From Candidatus Erwinia impunctatus (lineage in GTDB: Bacteria; Pseudomonadota; Gammaproteobacteria; Enterobacterales; Enterobacteriaceae): 24,000 nucleotides of DNA. The stretch's first letter is position 1. Each line of letters begins with the position of its first letter. Positions 17,281 to 24,000 of the stretch are shown piece after piece. The stretch covers positions 1,011,310-1,035,309 of the forward strand of contig OZ024666.1 of assembly GCA_964016415.1 (NCBI GenBank). Direction: 5' to 3'. A program made the translations under genes and the position numbers. The notes beneath the pieces are model-generated. The model was given only the letters and a program-made list of their open reading frames with translations, was not told the DNA's origin and made no database searches.

Positions 17281-17745
17281 TTATTTTTCTTCCAGTCTCT
17301 GTTGAAGATAGCGCGGATAGTCAGGAATGCTGATCTCCACGTCGGTCGAAAACAGTGGAGAGTGAATGATGAAATCTGCAGTAGCCTGATTGGTCGCTAC
17401 CGGAATATTCCACACTGCGGCCAGTCTCAACAAGGCTTTCACATCGGGATCATGAGGCACGGCATTCAGTGGGTCCCAGAAAAAAATAAGTAGATCAATT
17501 TTCGCTTCAGCAATCATTGCACCGACCTGCTGATCTCCCCCCATCGGGCCACTTAACATCGCTGTAACCGGAAGCCCGGTGGCACGCTGAATCAGGTTTC
17601 CGGTTGTTCCTGTCGCATACAGGGTATGTTGTTGCAGTAGTCCTTTGTACTTTTCTGTCCATTGTATCAGCGCAGTTTTACAGTGATCGTGCGCCACAAG
17701 AGCGATACGTTTTCTTTTTTGGATCGTGCGGATCGTCTGCTCCAT
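17281..17745 (-). CDS. mgsA: Methylglyoxal synthase
   Basis: 154 aa, containing [28 protein letters not shown] and [21 protein letters not shown]. Near-identical to E. coli MgsA. Confidence 0.97.
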   Translation of the reverse strand: MEQTIRTIQKRKRIALVAHDHCKTALIQWTEKYKGLLQQHTLYATGTTGNLIQRATGLPVTAMLSGPMGGDQQVGAMIAEAKIDLLIFFWDPLNAVPHDPDVKALLRLAAVWNIPVATNQATADFIIHSPLFSTDVEISIPDYPRYLQQRLEEK

Positions 17746-17858
17746 GATGATTTCCTGATGTTTAGCATAGAAATGGTTGAAATGGGAAAAGTCACTGCTT
17801 TTACCGTCAGACTTACACTGGCAGTCTGCTCCTGCAGCTGGTGAATTGCCTGGCTATG

Positions 17859-18494
17859 TTAGCTGACATTCAGTGCGCGCAGGAGCATAACAAAACGCTG
17901 GCGTGTAGCGTAATCAACCTGCTGATACCATAAGTTAAGCAGACGTCCGGTAGGGTGGTCGCTGCTGGCTAAACCGATGGAATTGTTCACCCCGACAACT
18001 GCGGGCGGTGGAGCTTCCGCAAAATGTTTTACCGACGCCAGCCGTTCTGCCAGATTGTAGTTAATCATTGCCTGATAAAAATCATCATAATGATTCCCTT
18101 CCAGAAAATCGACGCGTGATTCAATAATCTTATTATTTTCGTCCACTAACTGAAAAACCGGATGTTCATTGAAATGATTTCCCTGAAGGCGTGTCATTAA
18201 TGGTGGGAGTTTAATATTGATCGCAGCGGTAGTTGCCGAGGTAGTGAAGGTGGCAATCAGCGGAACTGACATCCAGGCTTTTCCGGTATGTAATTTTTTT
18301 TCAATGCGAAACAAGAGCTGATGCTGCCCATGATTCAATACCAGGCCATCAGCACCTTTCAGCAGAACGCCTGAAATTCTGCTGCCATCGAGCACAATTA
18401 AATTAATATCCTGGGTTAGCTTCAGAGTGACAGCATATCCACTTGCTGTAAAAAGCATGATAACTAACCCTGTTAAAATGACATTCAGCTTCAT
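17859..18494 (-). CDS. yccT: Periplasmic UPF0319-family protein YccT
   Basis: ATG 18494 follows AGGAGA. Signal peptide MKLNVILTGLVIMLFTASGYA, then TLKLTQDINLIVLDG.., similar to E. coli YccT. The track start at 18527 is an upstream extension. Confidence 0.85.
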   Translation of the reverse strand: MKLNVILTGLVIMLFTASGYAVTLKLTQDINLIVLDGSRISGVLLKGADGLVLNHGQHQLLFRIEKKLHTGKAWMSVPLIATFTTSATTAAINIKLPPLMTRLQGNHFNEHPVFQLVDENNKIIESRVDFLEGNHYDDFYQAMINYNLAERLASVKHFAEAPPPAVVGVNNSIGLASSDHPTGRLLNLWYQQVDYATRQRFVMLLRALNVS

Positions 18495-18790
18495 GCTTTC
18501 TCCTGGGACACAAATGCGTACTGACAACGAGTATTACAAACTCTTTCAGTATCGCATTTTGTTTACATTTAAACATATATTTTCGTGCGGTTTTTAGGTA
18601 AATTTCTCACTGTATTTCAGCAAGAAAAGTTGAAATATTATCTCTTTTTTGTGTGATAATTGTAAAATAGCTCTGAAAGCGAAACGTTACGACGGTTACA
18701 TTTGATACATGCGCATCAAAAGTGAATCAATACTGCGTGATACTACTTATTTAGCGTGAATGTTGTTTTCTTCCAGGAGAAAAAGCGCCG

Positions 18791-19219
18791 ATGCAGCAAG
18801 ATCAGAATATTGCAGCCATACTCCACACTACTCACCACATTGCCTTAGTTGGCGCAAGTGATAATGCTGCCAGAGCCAGTTATCAGGTGATGAAATGGTT
18901 GCTGGAGCAGGGGTACCAGGTTACGCCGGTCAATCCTAAACTGGCAGGCACCCAGCTTTTAGGGCAGCGTGTTTATGGCCAGCTTGCTGACATTCCGGAC
19001 CCTGTTGACATGGTCGATGTTTTTCGTGCATCTGATGCCGCGGTGGCAATAGCGCAGGAAGCGATTAATATTGGTGCGAAAGTTTTATGGTTACAACTGG
19101 GTGTTATTAACGCAGAAGCGGCAAATTTAGCTGAAAAAGCAGGGCTAACCGTAGTGATGGATCGGTGTCCTAAAATAGAAATTCCGCGTCTGGGTGTTCA
19201 GACACCCGTCGCGAACTGA
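18791..19219 (+). CDS. yccU: CoA-binding domain protein YccU
   Basis: 142 aa, containing IALVGASDNAARASYQVMKWLLEQGYQV.PVNPK and VVMDRCPKIEIPRLG. Matches E. coli YccU. Confidence 0.93.
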   Translation: MQQDQNIAAILHTTHHIALVGASDNAARASYQVMKWLLEQGYQVTPVNPKLAGTQLLGQRVYGQLADIPDPVDMVDVFRASDAAVAIAQEAINIGAKVLWLQLGVINAEAANLAEKAGLTVVMDRCPKIEIPRLGVQTPVAN

Positions 19220-19238
19220 CCCAGGTCATATAAATTGC

Positions 19239-19270
19239 GGCGTATCAGTCAGACACCTGACTGATACGCC
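19239..19270. terminator. Perfect 14-bp hairpin between convergent yccU and hspQ (probable bidirectional terminator)
   Basis: ggcgtatcagtcag (19239-19252), loop acac, ctgactgatacgcc (19257-19270). There are no strong U-tracts. Confidence 0.55.
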
Positions 19271-19277
19271 AGTCAAA

Positions 19278-19285
19278 CCACCAGC
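19278..19285 (-). other. Chi site (GCTGGTGG on the minus strand)
   Basis: The plus strand reads CCACCAGC. Confidence 0.5.
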
Positions 19286-19295
19286 TGCGGAACAG

Positions 19296-19613
19296 TTAAT
19301 TTCTTAAATGTGGAGCTTGCATCTGTGCGCGGATAGAGCTCAGCAACTCACCTGTATCCTGCGAGCCATACTCCTCTTGCAGAGGCGCCCAGTCTAGCTG
19401 AGCCTCTGCAAGATAGGTTTGCACTGTTTCGCCTTGTTCGTTAACCATCACAACGTGATACCACGGAAAGTGGCGCAATGAGTCACTACCGGTGAACCCT
19501 TCAAATTGATTTTCATCAAGCGAAAAGACCGCATCGACATCGACGACAACACCGATAAACCCATGTAACTGATGCTTAACTCGCTCGCCTAAGGAAAATT
19601 TAGTGACAATCAT
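19296..19613 (-). CDS. hspQ: Heat-shock protein HspQ (YccV, hemimethylated-DNA-binding family)
   Basis: ATG 19613 follows GGAG. 105 aa MIVTKFSLGERVKHQLHGFIGVVVDVD..PWYHVVM..TYLAEAQL..QAPHLRN, the same length as E. coli HspQ. The track start at 19631 is an extension. Confidence 0.92.
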   Translation of the reverse strand: MIVTKFSLGERVKHQLHGFIGVVVDVDAVFSLDENQFEGFTGSDSLRHFPWYHVVMVNEQGETVQTYLAEAQLDWAPLQEEYGSQDTGELLSSIRAQMQAPHLRN

Positions 19614-19682
19614 GATGCACTCCAGACTCAATCGTTCATAGCAATGATATGGAGGTTAAAAACTCTGTTTCAAGCAAGTTGA

Positions 19683-20873
19683 TTACAATACCCTGCAGGC
19701 AAATCCTTTGAGGTATAACCCTTCAGGGTAACTGGCGATCACCGGATGATCTGCAGCCTGCCTGAATTGTTCGATAAATTGCACTTCCCGCTGTGCATCC
19801 AGTGCCGCATCAGCGATAATTTTTTGAAATAAGTCACAAGGCATCAGACCGGAACAGGAAAAGGTGAACAAAACCCCACCCGGAGTCAGCAGTTGCATTG
19901 CCAGCATGTTGATATCCTTATAGCCCCGACAGGCACCACTCAGTTGGTGCTTATTTTCAACAAACTTCGGGGGATCCATCACTATTAAATCAAACTTTTC
20001 TCCTTTGTCACGATAATGGCGCAAGAGTTTGAATACATCCTCTTTTAAAAAAATGGCTTTTGTCGGATCCTGACCATTGAGAAGGATGTTTTTCGCTGCA
20101 ATGTCTAATGCTGCCTGGGAGGTATCAACACTGATAACCTGCTGGCATTCACCTGCTATGGCAGCTACCGCAAATCCGCCGGTGTAAGAGAAGCAGTTAA
20201 GTACACGGCGATTTTTGGCATACTTACGCACGGCAAAACGGCTGTCACGCTGGTCAAGGTAATAGCCGGTTTTATGTCCTTGCTGCAAATCAACCAGTAG
20301 TTGAACACCATGCTCACGGATGGGTAGCAACGGTGGTGGAAGTTCCCCGTCAATTAAGCCTTCGGTAAGTGGTAATCCCTCTTTTTGACGAACGGAAACA
20401 TCCGACCGTTCGTAAATAGAACATCCGGGATAATTATGCTGAAGCGCGGCCACCAGCGTCTGACGCTGGTAGTCCGCGCCAGCGGAAAGCAATTGAAGAA
20501 CGAAATAGTCATGATAACGGTCGATGGTGATGCCAGGTAAGCCATCTGATTCACCTGCGATTAAACGATAGCTATCAAGATTATCGCGTAGTGCCAGCCA
20601 GTCGCGTAATTGCTGTGCAATATGCAGACGATGGCTGAAAAAGTGCCGATCAATCTTATCCTGTTGGTCCCAACTCCAGACCCGAGCGCTGATTTGAGAA
20701 GCTGGAGACCATGCAGCAGATGCCAGCCATCCCCCCTTACTGTCAAGAACATCTACGGTTTCACCGGATGAAGGGTTACCTTCCAGATGAGAAATTGCGC
20801 CTGAGAAAATCCAGGGGTGGCGACGGAGTAGTGATTTTTCCCGGCCTTTAGCCAGAATTAAACGTGCAGTCAT
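19683..20873 (-). CDS. rlmI: 23S rRNA m5C1962 methyltransferase RlmI
   Basis: 396 aa, containing [38 protein letters not shown] and [10 protein letters not shown]. Same length as E. coli RlmI and collinear with it. Confidence 0.96.
   Translation of the reverse strand: MTARLILAKGREKSLLRRHPWIFSGAISHLEGNPSSGETVDVLDSKGGWLASAAWSPASQISARVWSWDQQDKIDRHFFSHRLHIAQQLRDWLALRDNLDSYRLIAGESDGLPGITIDRYHDYFVLQLLSAGADYQRQTLVAALQHNYPGCSIYERSDVSVRQKEGLPLTEGLIDGELPPPLLPIREHGVQLLVDLQQGHKTGYYLDQRDSRFAVRKYAKNRRVLNCFSYTGGFAVAAIAGECQQVISVDTSQAALDIAAKNILLNGQDPTKAIFLKEDVFKLLRHYRDKGEKFDLIVMDPPKFVENKHQLSGACRGYKDINMLAMQLLTPGGVLFTFSCSGLMPCDLFQKIIADAALDAQREVQFIEQFRQAADHPVIASYPEGLYLKGFACRVL
20450..20457 (-). other. Chi site (GCTGGTGG on the minus strand)
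   Basis: The plus strand reads CCACCAGC. Confidence 0.5.
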
Positions 20874-20960
20874 GATTATTTAACATATGTAATTTGATAA
20901 AGTGTCGCTATTGTCTGATTTCATTTTTTAAAATGCAACGAGTGTCTCAGGAGACCGCTA

Positions 20961-21239
20961 ATGACAATTCGCAGTGTGAAAATTAATGTGCGGGGTCACG
21001 TTCAGGGGGTTGGGTTTCGTTACTCTACGCAGAAACTGGCTCAGCAGCGTGAGCTCAGTGGACATGCAAAAAATCTCAATGACGGCAGCGTTGAGATTAT
21101 CGCCACTGGTGACGAGAGCGATGTTCTCGCACTGGTAGCCTGGTTGAATGACGGAGGCCCTCGTTTTGCGAAGATAGATTCGATAACGGTCGCTGAGATG
21201 CGAGAGAACATTAATACAGGGCGTTTTTCTACTCTTTGA
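20961..21239 (+). CDS. yccX: Acylphosphatase YccX
   Basis: 92 aa with the acylphosphatase signature V.G.VQGVGFRY and GHAKNLNDGSVEI. AGGAGA SD. K-12 position. Confidence 0.9.
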   Translation: MTIRSVKINVRGHVQGVGFRYSTQKLAQQRELSGHAKNLNDGSVEIIATGDESDVLALVAWLNDGGPRFAKIDSITVAEMRENINTGRFSTL

Positions 21240-21243
21240 GGTG

Positions 21244-21570
21244 TTACAAACACTTCACTGGTTTAGGCAAGCCAGCAATTTTTGTTGCCTGCTTCGCCGG
21301 TCCTTTGGGGAATAATTGAAACAGATAGCGACTGTTTCCTTTTTCTTCACCATATTTTTTTTCCATCGCTTTGACCAGCATTCGTACCGCCGGAGAGGTG
21401 TTAAATTCTTTATAAAATTCGCGCACGAAATGAATGACCTCCCAGTGTGCCTCACTGAGTGCAATACCTTCCTCACTTGCCAGAATTGGTGCCAGCTCTG
21501 CCTGCCACTCGTCGACTGAGAGCAGATACCCCTGGGCATCCTGTTTAATCTCTTTACCGTTAAATATCAT
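21244..21570 (-). CDS. tusE: Sulfurtransferase TusE (DsrC-like)
   Basis: [73 protein letters not shown] matches E. coli TusE. I prefer ATG 21570; the track start at 21576 is a TTG two codons upstream. Confidence 0.92.
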   Translation of the reverse strand: MIFNGKEIKQDAQGYLLSVDEWQAELAPILASEEGIALSEAHWEVIHFVREFYKEFNTSPAVRMLVKAMEKKYGEEKGNSRYLFQLFPKGPAKQATKIAGLPKPVKCL

Positions 21571-21761
21571 GTGCAACCTGACTCAGTTCCTGTTCACTGT
21601 TCTGCCAGTGTAGCAAGTTTACAGCACGACGAAAATTGTCACCTGTCAGTCTTTCGCGGCAAACAAGCGACTATCTTTATTTTGAAAATACGCATCATGG
21701 TGATTAATGCAGCAAAAAAACAGCTTGTGGTCAATTTTCAGGCATTCAGAAAAAAAGTCGC

Positions 21762-21790
21762 TTTACATCGTTCTGCAGGGTGTTTATAGT
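21762..21790 (+). promoter_or_regulatory. Sigma-70 promoter of tRNA-Ser
   Basis: TTTACA (21762-21767), 17-nt spacer, TATAGT (21785-21790), ending 12 nt before the mature tRNA 5' end. An A-rich UP-like tract lies upstream (21750-21757). Confidence 0.6.
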
Positions 21791-21802
21791 GAGCCTCATT
21801 GC

Positions 21803-21890
<88 letters not shown>

Positions 21891-21899
21891 GCATTTGAA

Positions 21900-21927
21900 C
21901 CCGCATCTTTAGAGACGCGGGTTTTTT
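21900..21927 (+). terminator. Rho-independent terminator after tRNA-Ser
   Basis: cccgcatct / agacgcggg stem (one mismatch), loop ttag, followed by T6 (21922-21927). Confidence 0.8.
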
Positions 21928-22215
21928 CATTTATAGCTCTCTGCTTTCCAGCACACACTCTTCGGCAGTGTGTTTACACTCATTTTCTCTGGTTTAACGC
22001 AAATCACACCACATCTTCAGGGTAGAGGTATTAATCTGAAAGCAGCCGTTTTATTGCGCTTTCAGAGCAAGAGTTATCCTCCCGCCGAGGTAATTATCTG
22101 GTATATTCAGTCGCATCCTAAGTAATACACCAGCAGCCTGCTGACAGGTTATGTTACTTCAATACTGGTTATCCTGATTATCAGTTAAGACTTCTTTCCC
22201 TGGAGGAATTGAGTA

Positions 22216-23700
22216 GTGATGAAAAACTCATTAAGTATTTGCGCTCTGGCCGTGGCATCGTTAATTACAGTATTCCCGGCAAGCGCAGAGTCAGACAACT
22301 ACCAGCTGGAGCAGGTGTTAATGCTCAGTCGGCACAATCTTCGTGCTCCGCTAATGGGAGTAAACAGCGATCTGCCTCAATTCACTAAAAAAGCATTTCC
22401 AGGTTGGGATGTGCCCGCAGGACAACTGACCACTAAAGGCGGCGTGCTGGAAGTCTATATGGGTCACTACATGCGCGAATGGCTGGTACAGCAAGGTCTG
22501 GTGAAAGCAAATGAGTGTCCTGATCCTGAGCGTATCTATGCTTACGCTAACAGTATTCAACGCACTGTCGCGACTGCCCAGTTTTTTATGACGGGTGCTT
22601 TTCCCGGTTGTGATATTCCTGTCTCCCATCAGGATCAGATGGGAGAAATGGATCCAATATTCAATCCGGTAACTGCAAATGTCGATGAGGCGTTTATCAA
22701 GCAAGCGCAGGCTTACATGGCAAGTTCAGCGGCGAAAATGGCACTGAAACCTGCTTTTGACCAGCTGGGTCAGTTAATTGACTATAAAAATGCGCCTGCC
22801 TGTAAAGGAAAAAAAGAGTGTACGTTAGCCGGTAACGAGGACAATCACTTCACCATAGAAAATGGTAGAGAGCCCAGAGTAACCGGTGCTCTGAAAACCG
22901 GAAATGGGCTGGTTGATACTTTCATCCTGCAATATTATGAAGGTTTTCCGGCAGATAAGGTCGCATGGGGACAAATTAAAACAGCTGCCCAATGGGAAAG
23001 CTTATCCGCGATAAAAGAGGGATACCAACAGACGTTGTTCGGTACCCCCGAAGTTGCACGTATCACTGCGGCACCTTTGATTGATTACATGCGCAGTCTG
23101 TGGAAAGAAGAGGGGACGACAGCTTCACCACCTGTCATTATGCTGGTCGGTCATGATGCCAATATTGCTTCTCTGCTGAGTTCGCTCGATGTTAAACCCT
23201 ATAGCCTGCCTGGGCAGTATGAGGCTACGCCAATCGGTGGAATGGTGCAGTTCCAGCGTTGGCTGGATAAAAAGAATAATAAGCAATTAGTTAAAATCGA
23301 GTATGTTTATCAAACTACCGAACAGCTCCGCAATGCTACACCTCTGTCTCTGGCCTCTCCGCCGCAAAGAGTTACACTGGCACTTGATGGTTGCCAGGTA
23401 GACAGTAATGGTTTTTGCTCATGGGATACATTTCTCCAGCAGGTAAATAAAAGTCTTGAGGGTACTTCATTTTCAGACAAGAAAAGTGAAGAGGCTCCGG
23501 ATGCTTCAGATACCCTGACTACTGAAAATGTGCCGCCACAGCAGACAGCCACGCCAGTGAAAGAGGAAGTGAAGCAAGAGCGATCTTCTGTTGCGGATAA
23601 GCCAGAGGATCAAAAGCATCCGGTTTCTGAAACTTCTTTGCCTCAGGCCGCTACTGTTAATAGTCAGGCTGGATCTGTCCCTGCCCCAGCATCACAGTAG
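22216..23700 (+). CDS. agp: Periplasmic histidine acid phosphatase, glucose-1-phosphatase (Agp)-like, with an 81-aa low-complexity C-terminal extension
   Basis: GGAGG at 22202-22206, with GTG 22216 or ATG 22219 as start. Signal peptide ..VFPASA|ESD. Active-site motifs SRHNLRAP and VGHDANIASLL. Residues 1-413 are collinear with E. coli Agp (413 aa, from memory). The tail is P/Q/S/T/E/K-rich. Confidence 0.9.
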   Translation: MMKNSLSICALAVASLITVFPASAESDNYQLEQVLMLSRHNLRAPLMGVNSDLPQFTKKAFPGWDVPAGQLTTKGGVLEVYMGHYMREWLVQQGLVKANECPDPERIYAYANSIQRTVATAQFFMTGAFPGCDIPVSHQDQMGEMDPIFNPVTANVDEAFIKQAQAYMASSAAKMALKPAFDQLGQLIDYKNAPACKGKKECTLAGNEDNHFTIENGREPRVTGALKTGNGLVDTFILQYYEGFPADKVAWGQIKTAAQWESLSAIKEGYQQTLFGTPEVARITAAPLIDYMRSLWKEEGTTASPPVIMLVGHDANIASLLSSLDVKPYSLPGQYEATPIGGMVQFQRWLDKKNNKQLVKIEYVYQTTEQLRNATPLSLASPPQRVTLALDGCQVDSNGFCSWDTFLQQVNKSLEGTSFSDKKSEEAPDASDTLTTENVPPQQTATPVKEEVKQERSSVADKPEDQKHPVSETSLPQAATVNSQAGSVPAPASQ

Positions 23701-23710
23701 CCTGTAAACT

Positions 23711-23743
23711 GAGTACATGGACATCAATTATGTCCATGTACTC
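23711..23743. terminator. Perfect 14-bp hairpin after agp (probable terminator, shared with convergent yccJ)
   Basis: gagtacatggacat (23711-23724), loop caatt, atgtccatgtactc (23730-23743), starting 10 nt after the agp stop. Confidence 0.6.
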
Positions 23744-23777
23744 TTCGTCAATGTGTCCGGTCAATACCCACACAGCC

Positions 23778-23798
23778 GGGGGAGGGGGGGGAGGGCGG
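23778..23798 (+). repeat. G-rich tract G5-A-G8-A-G3-C-G2 (G-quadruplex-type motif; G8 homopolymer)
   Basis: Read directly: gggggaggggggggagggcgg in the agp/yccJ spacer. Confidence 0.9.
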
Positions 23799-23857
23799 TC
23801 GAACGCTGACTCCTTCTGCTGCGCAAAAAACTTTCTGATGCTCTTAGTGCTCCTGGG

Positions 23858-24000
23858 TCAGACGTTTTTTCTTTCAACCGTGATGTTATCCCATACCAGG
23901 CTGTCCTGATCGGTTTTTTGAAAAGCACGGATCAAAACGTCATCACTGCCTTGTTGCGCCCAATTGCCTCGGCCAGCGCTTCGTCATAATCTGCTATTTC
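23858..24000 (-). pseudogene. yccJ: yccJ, 3' portion, with an apparent 1-nt deletion frameshift near 23961-23966 (5' end lies beyond the window)
   Basis: One minus-strand frame gives ..[22 protein letters not shown] (stop 23932-23934). The adjacent frame gives [35 protein letters not shown] (stop 23858-23860). Together these tile E. coli YccJ ..[46 protein letters not shown] (from memory). agp-yccJ adjacency is as in K-12. Confidence 0.7.

Noticed and set aside
20165-20752. Three minus-strand track ORFs (62-66 aa) inside rlmI in other frames
   Set aside because: Nested shadow ORFs within a full-length, conserved RlmI frame.
21255-21539. Track ORFs 21255..21539(-), 21316..21519(+), 21041..21253(-)
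   Set aside because: Alternative-frame or antisense shadows of tusE and yccX.
21953-22065. Two hairpins downstream of serT, considered as att-site or island-junction remnants
   Set aside because: No repeat of the serT 3' end and no integrase or mobile gene is present. The only similar string (tcctcccgccgagg near 22075) is too degenerate.
22351-23552. Track ORFs 22351..22704(-) and 23310..23552(-)
   Set aside because: Antisense shadows of the Agp-like gene.

Overview
This window is a conserved core-chromosome segment of an Enterobacterales genome. It is collinear with the E. coli K-12 pqiA-to-tusE block as I remember it, then continues directly into agp-yccJ. Gene order: pqiA (partial), pqiB, pqiC, rmf, fabA, ycbZ/lonH, matP, ompA, sulA (with a near-canonical LexA box), a 3-gene insert (ydcR/MocR-like regulator, ylaC-like membrane protein, RidA-family protein), tfoX/sxy, yccS, yccF, helD, mgsA, yccT, yccU, hspQ, rlmI, yccX, tusE, tRNA-Ser(UGA), an Agp-like acid phosphatase, and yccJ (partial). 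Calls rest on translated ORFs compared from memory with E. coli proteins, plus motifs visible in the sequence; no searches were run. I see no CRISPR array, IS/transposase/integrase, phage genes or recognisable defence or toxin cassette, and I cannot honestly nominate a novel multi-gene system. The unusual points are: (1) three independent inactivating lesions in otherwise intact genes: an in-frame TAA in the ydcR-like regulator, an in-frame TAG at the domain junction of tfoX, and a 1-nt frameshift in yccJ; (2) a non-K-12 insert between sulA and tfoX; (3) an 81-aa low-complexity C-terminal tail on the Agp-like phosphatase; (4) a G5-A-G8-A-G3 tract in the agp/yccJ spacer; (5) absence of yccA together with a serT that diverges from tusE; (6) a few perfect palindromes in promoter regions. 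The ORF track translates alternative start codons as M, so several track starts are upstream extensions; I trimmed these to SD-supported, homologue-consistent starts.
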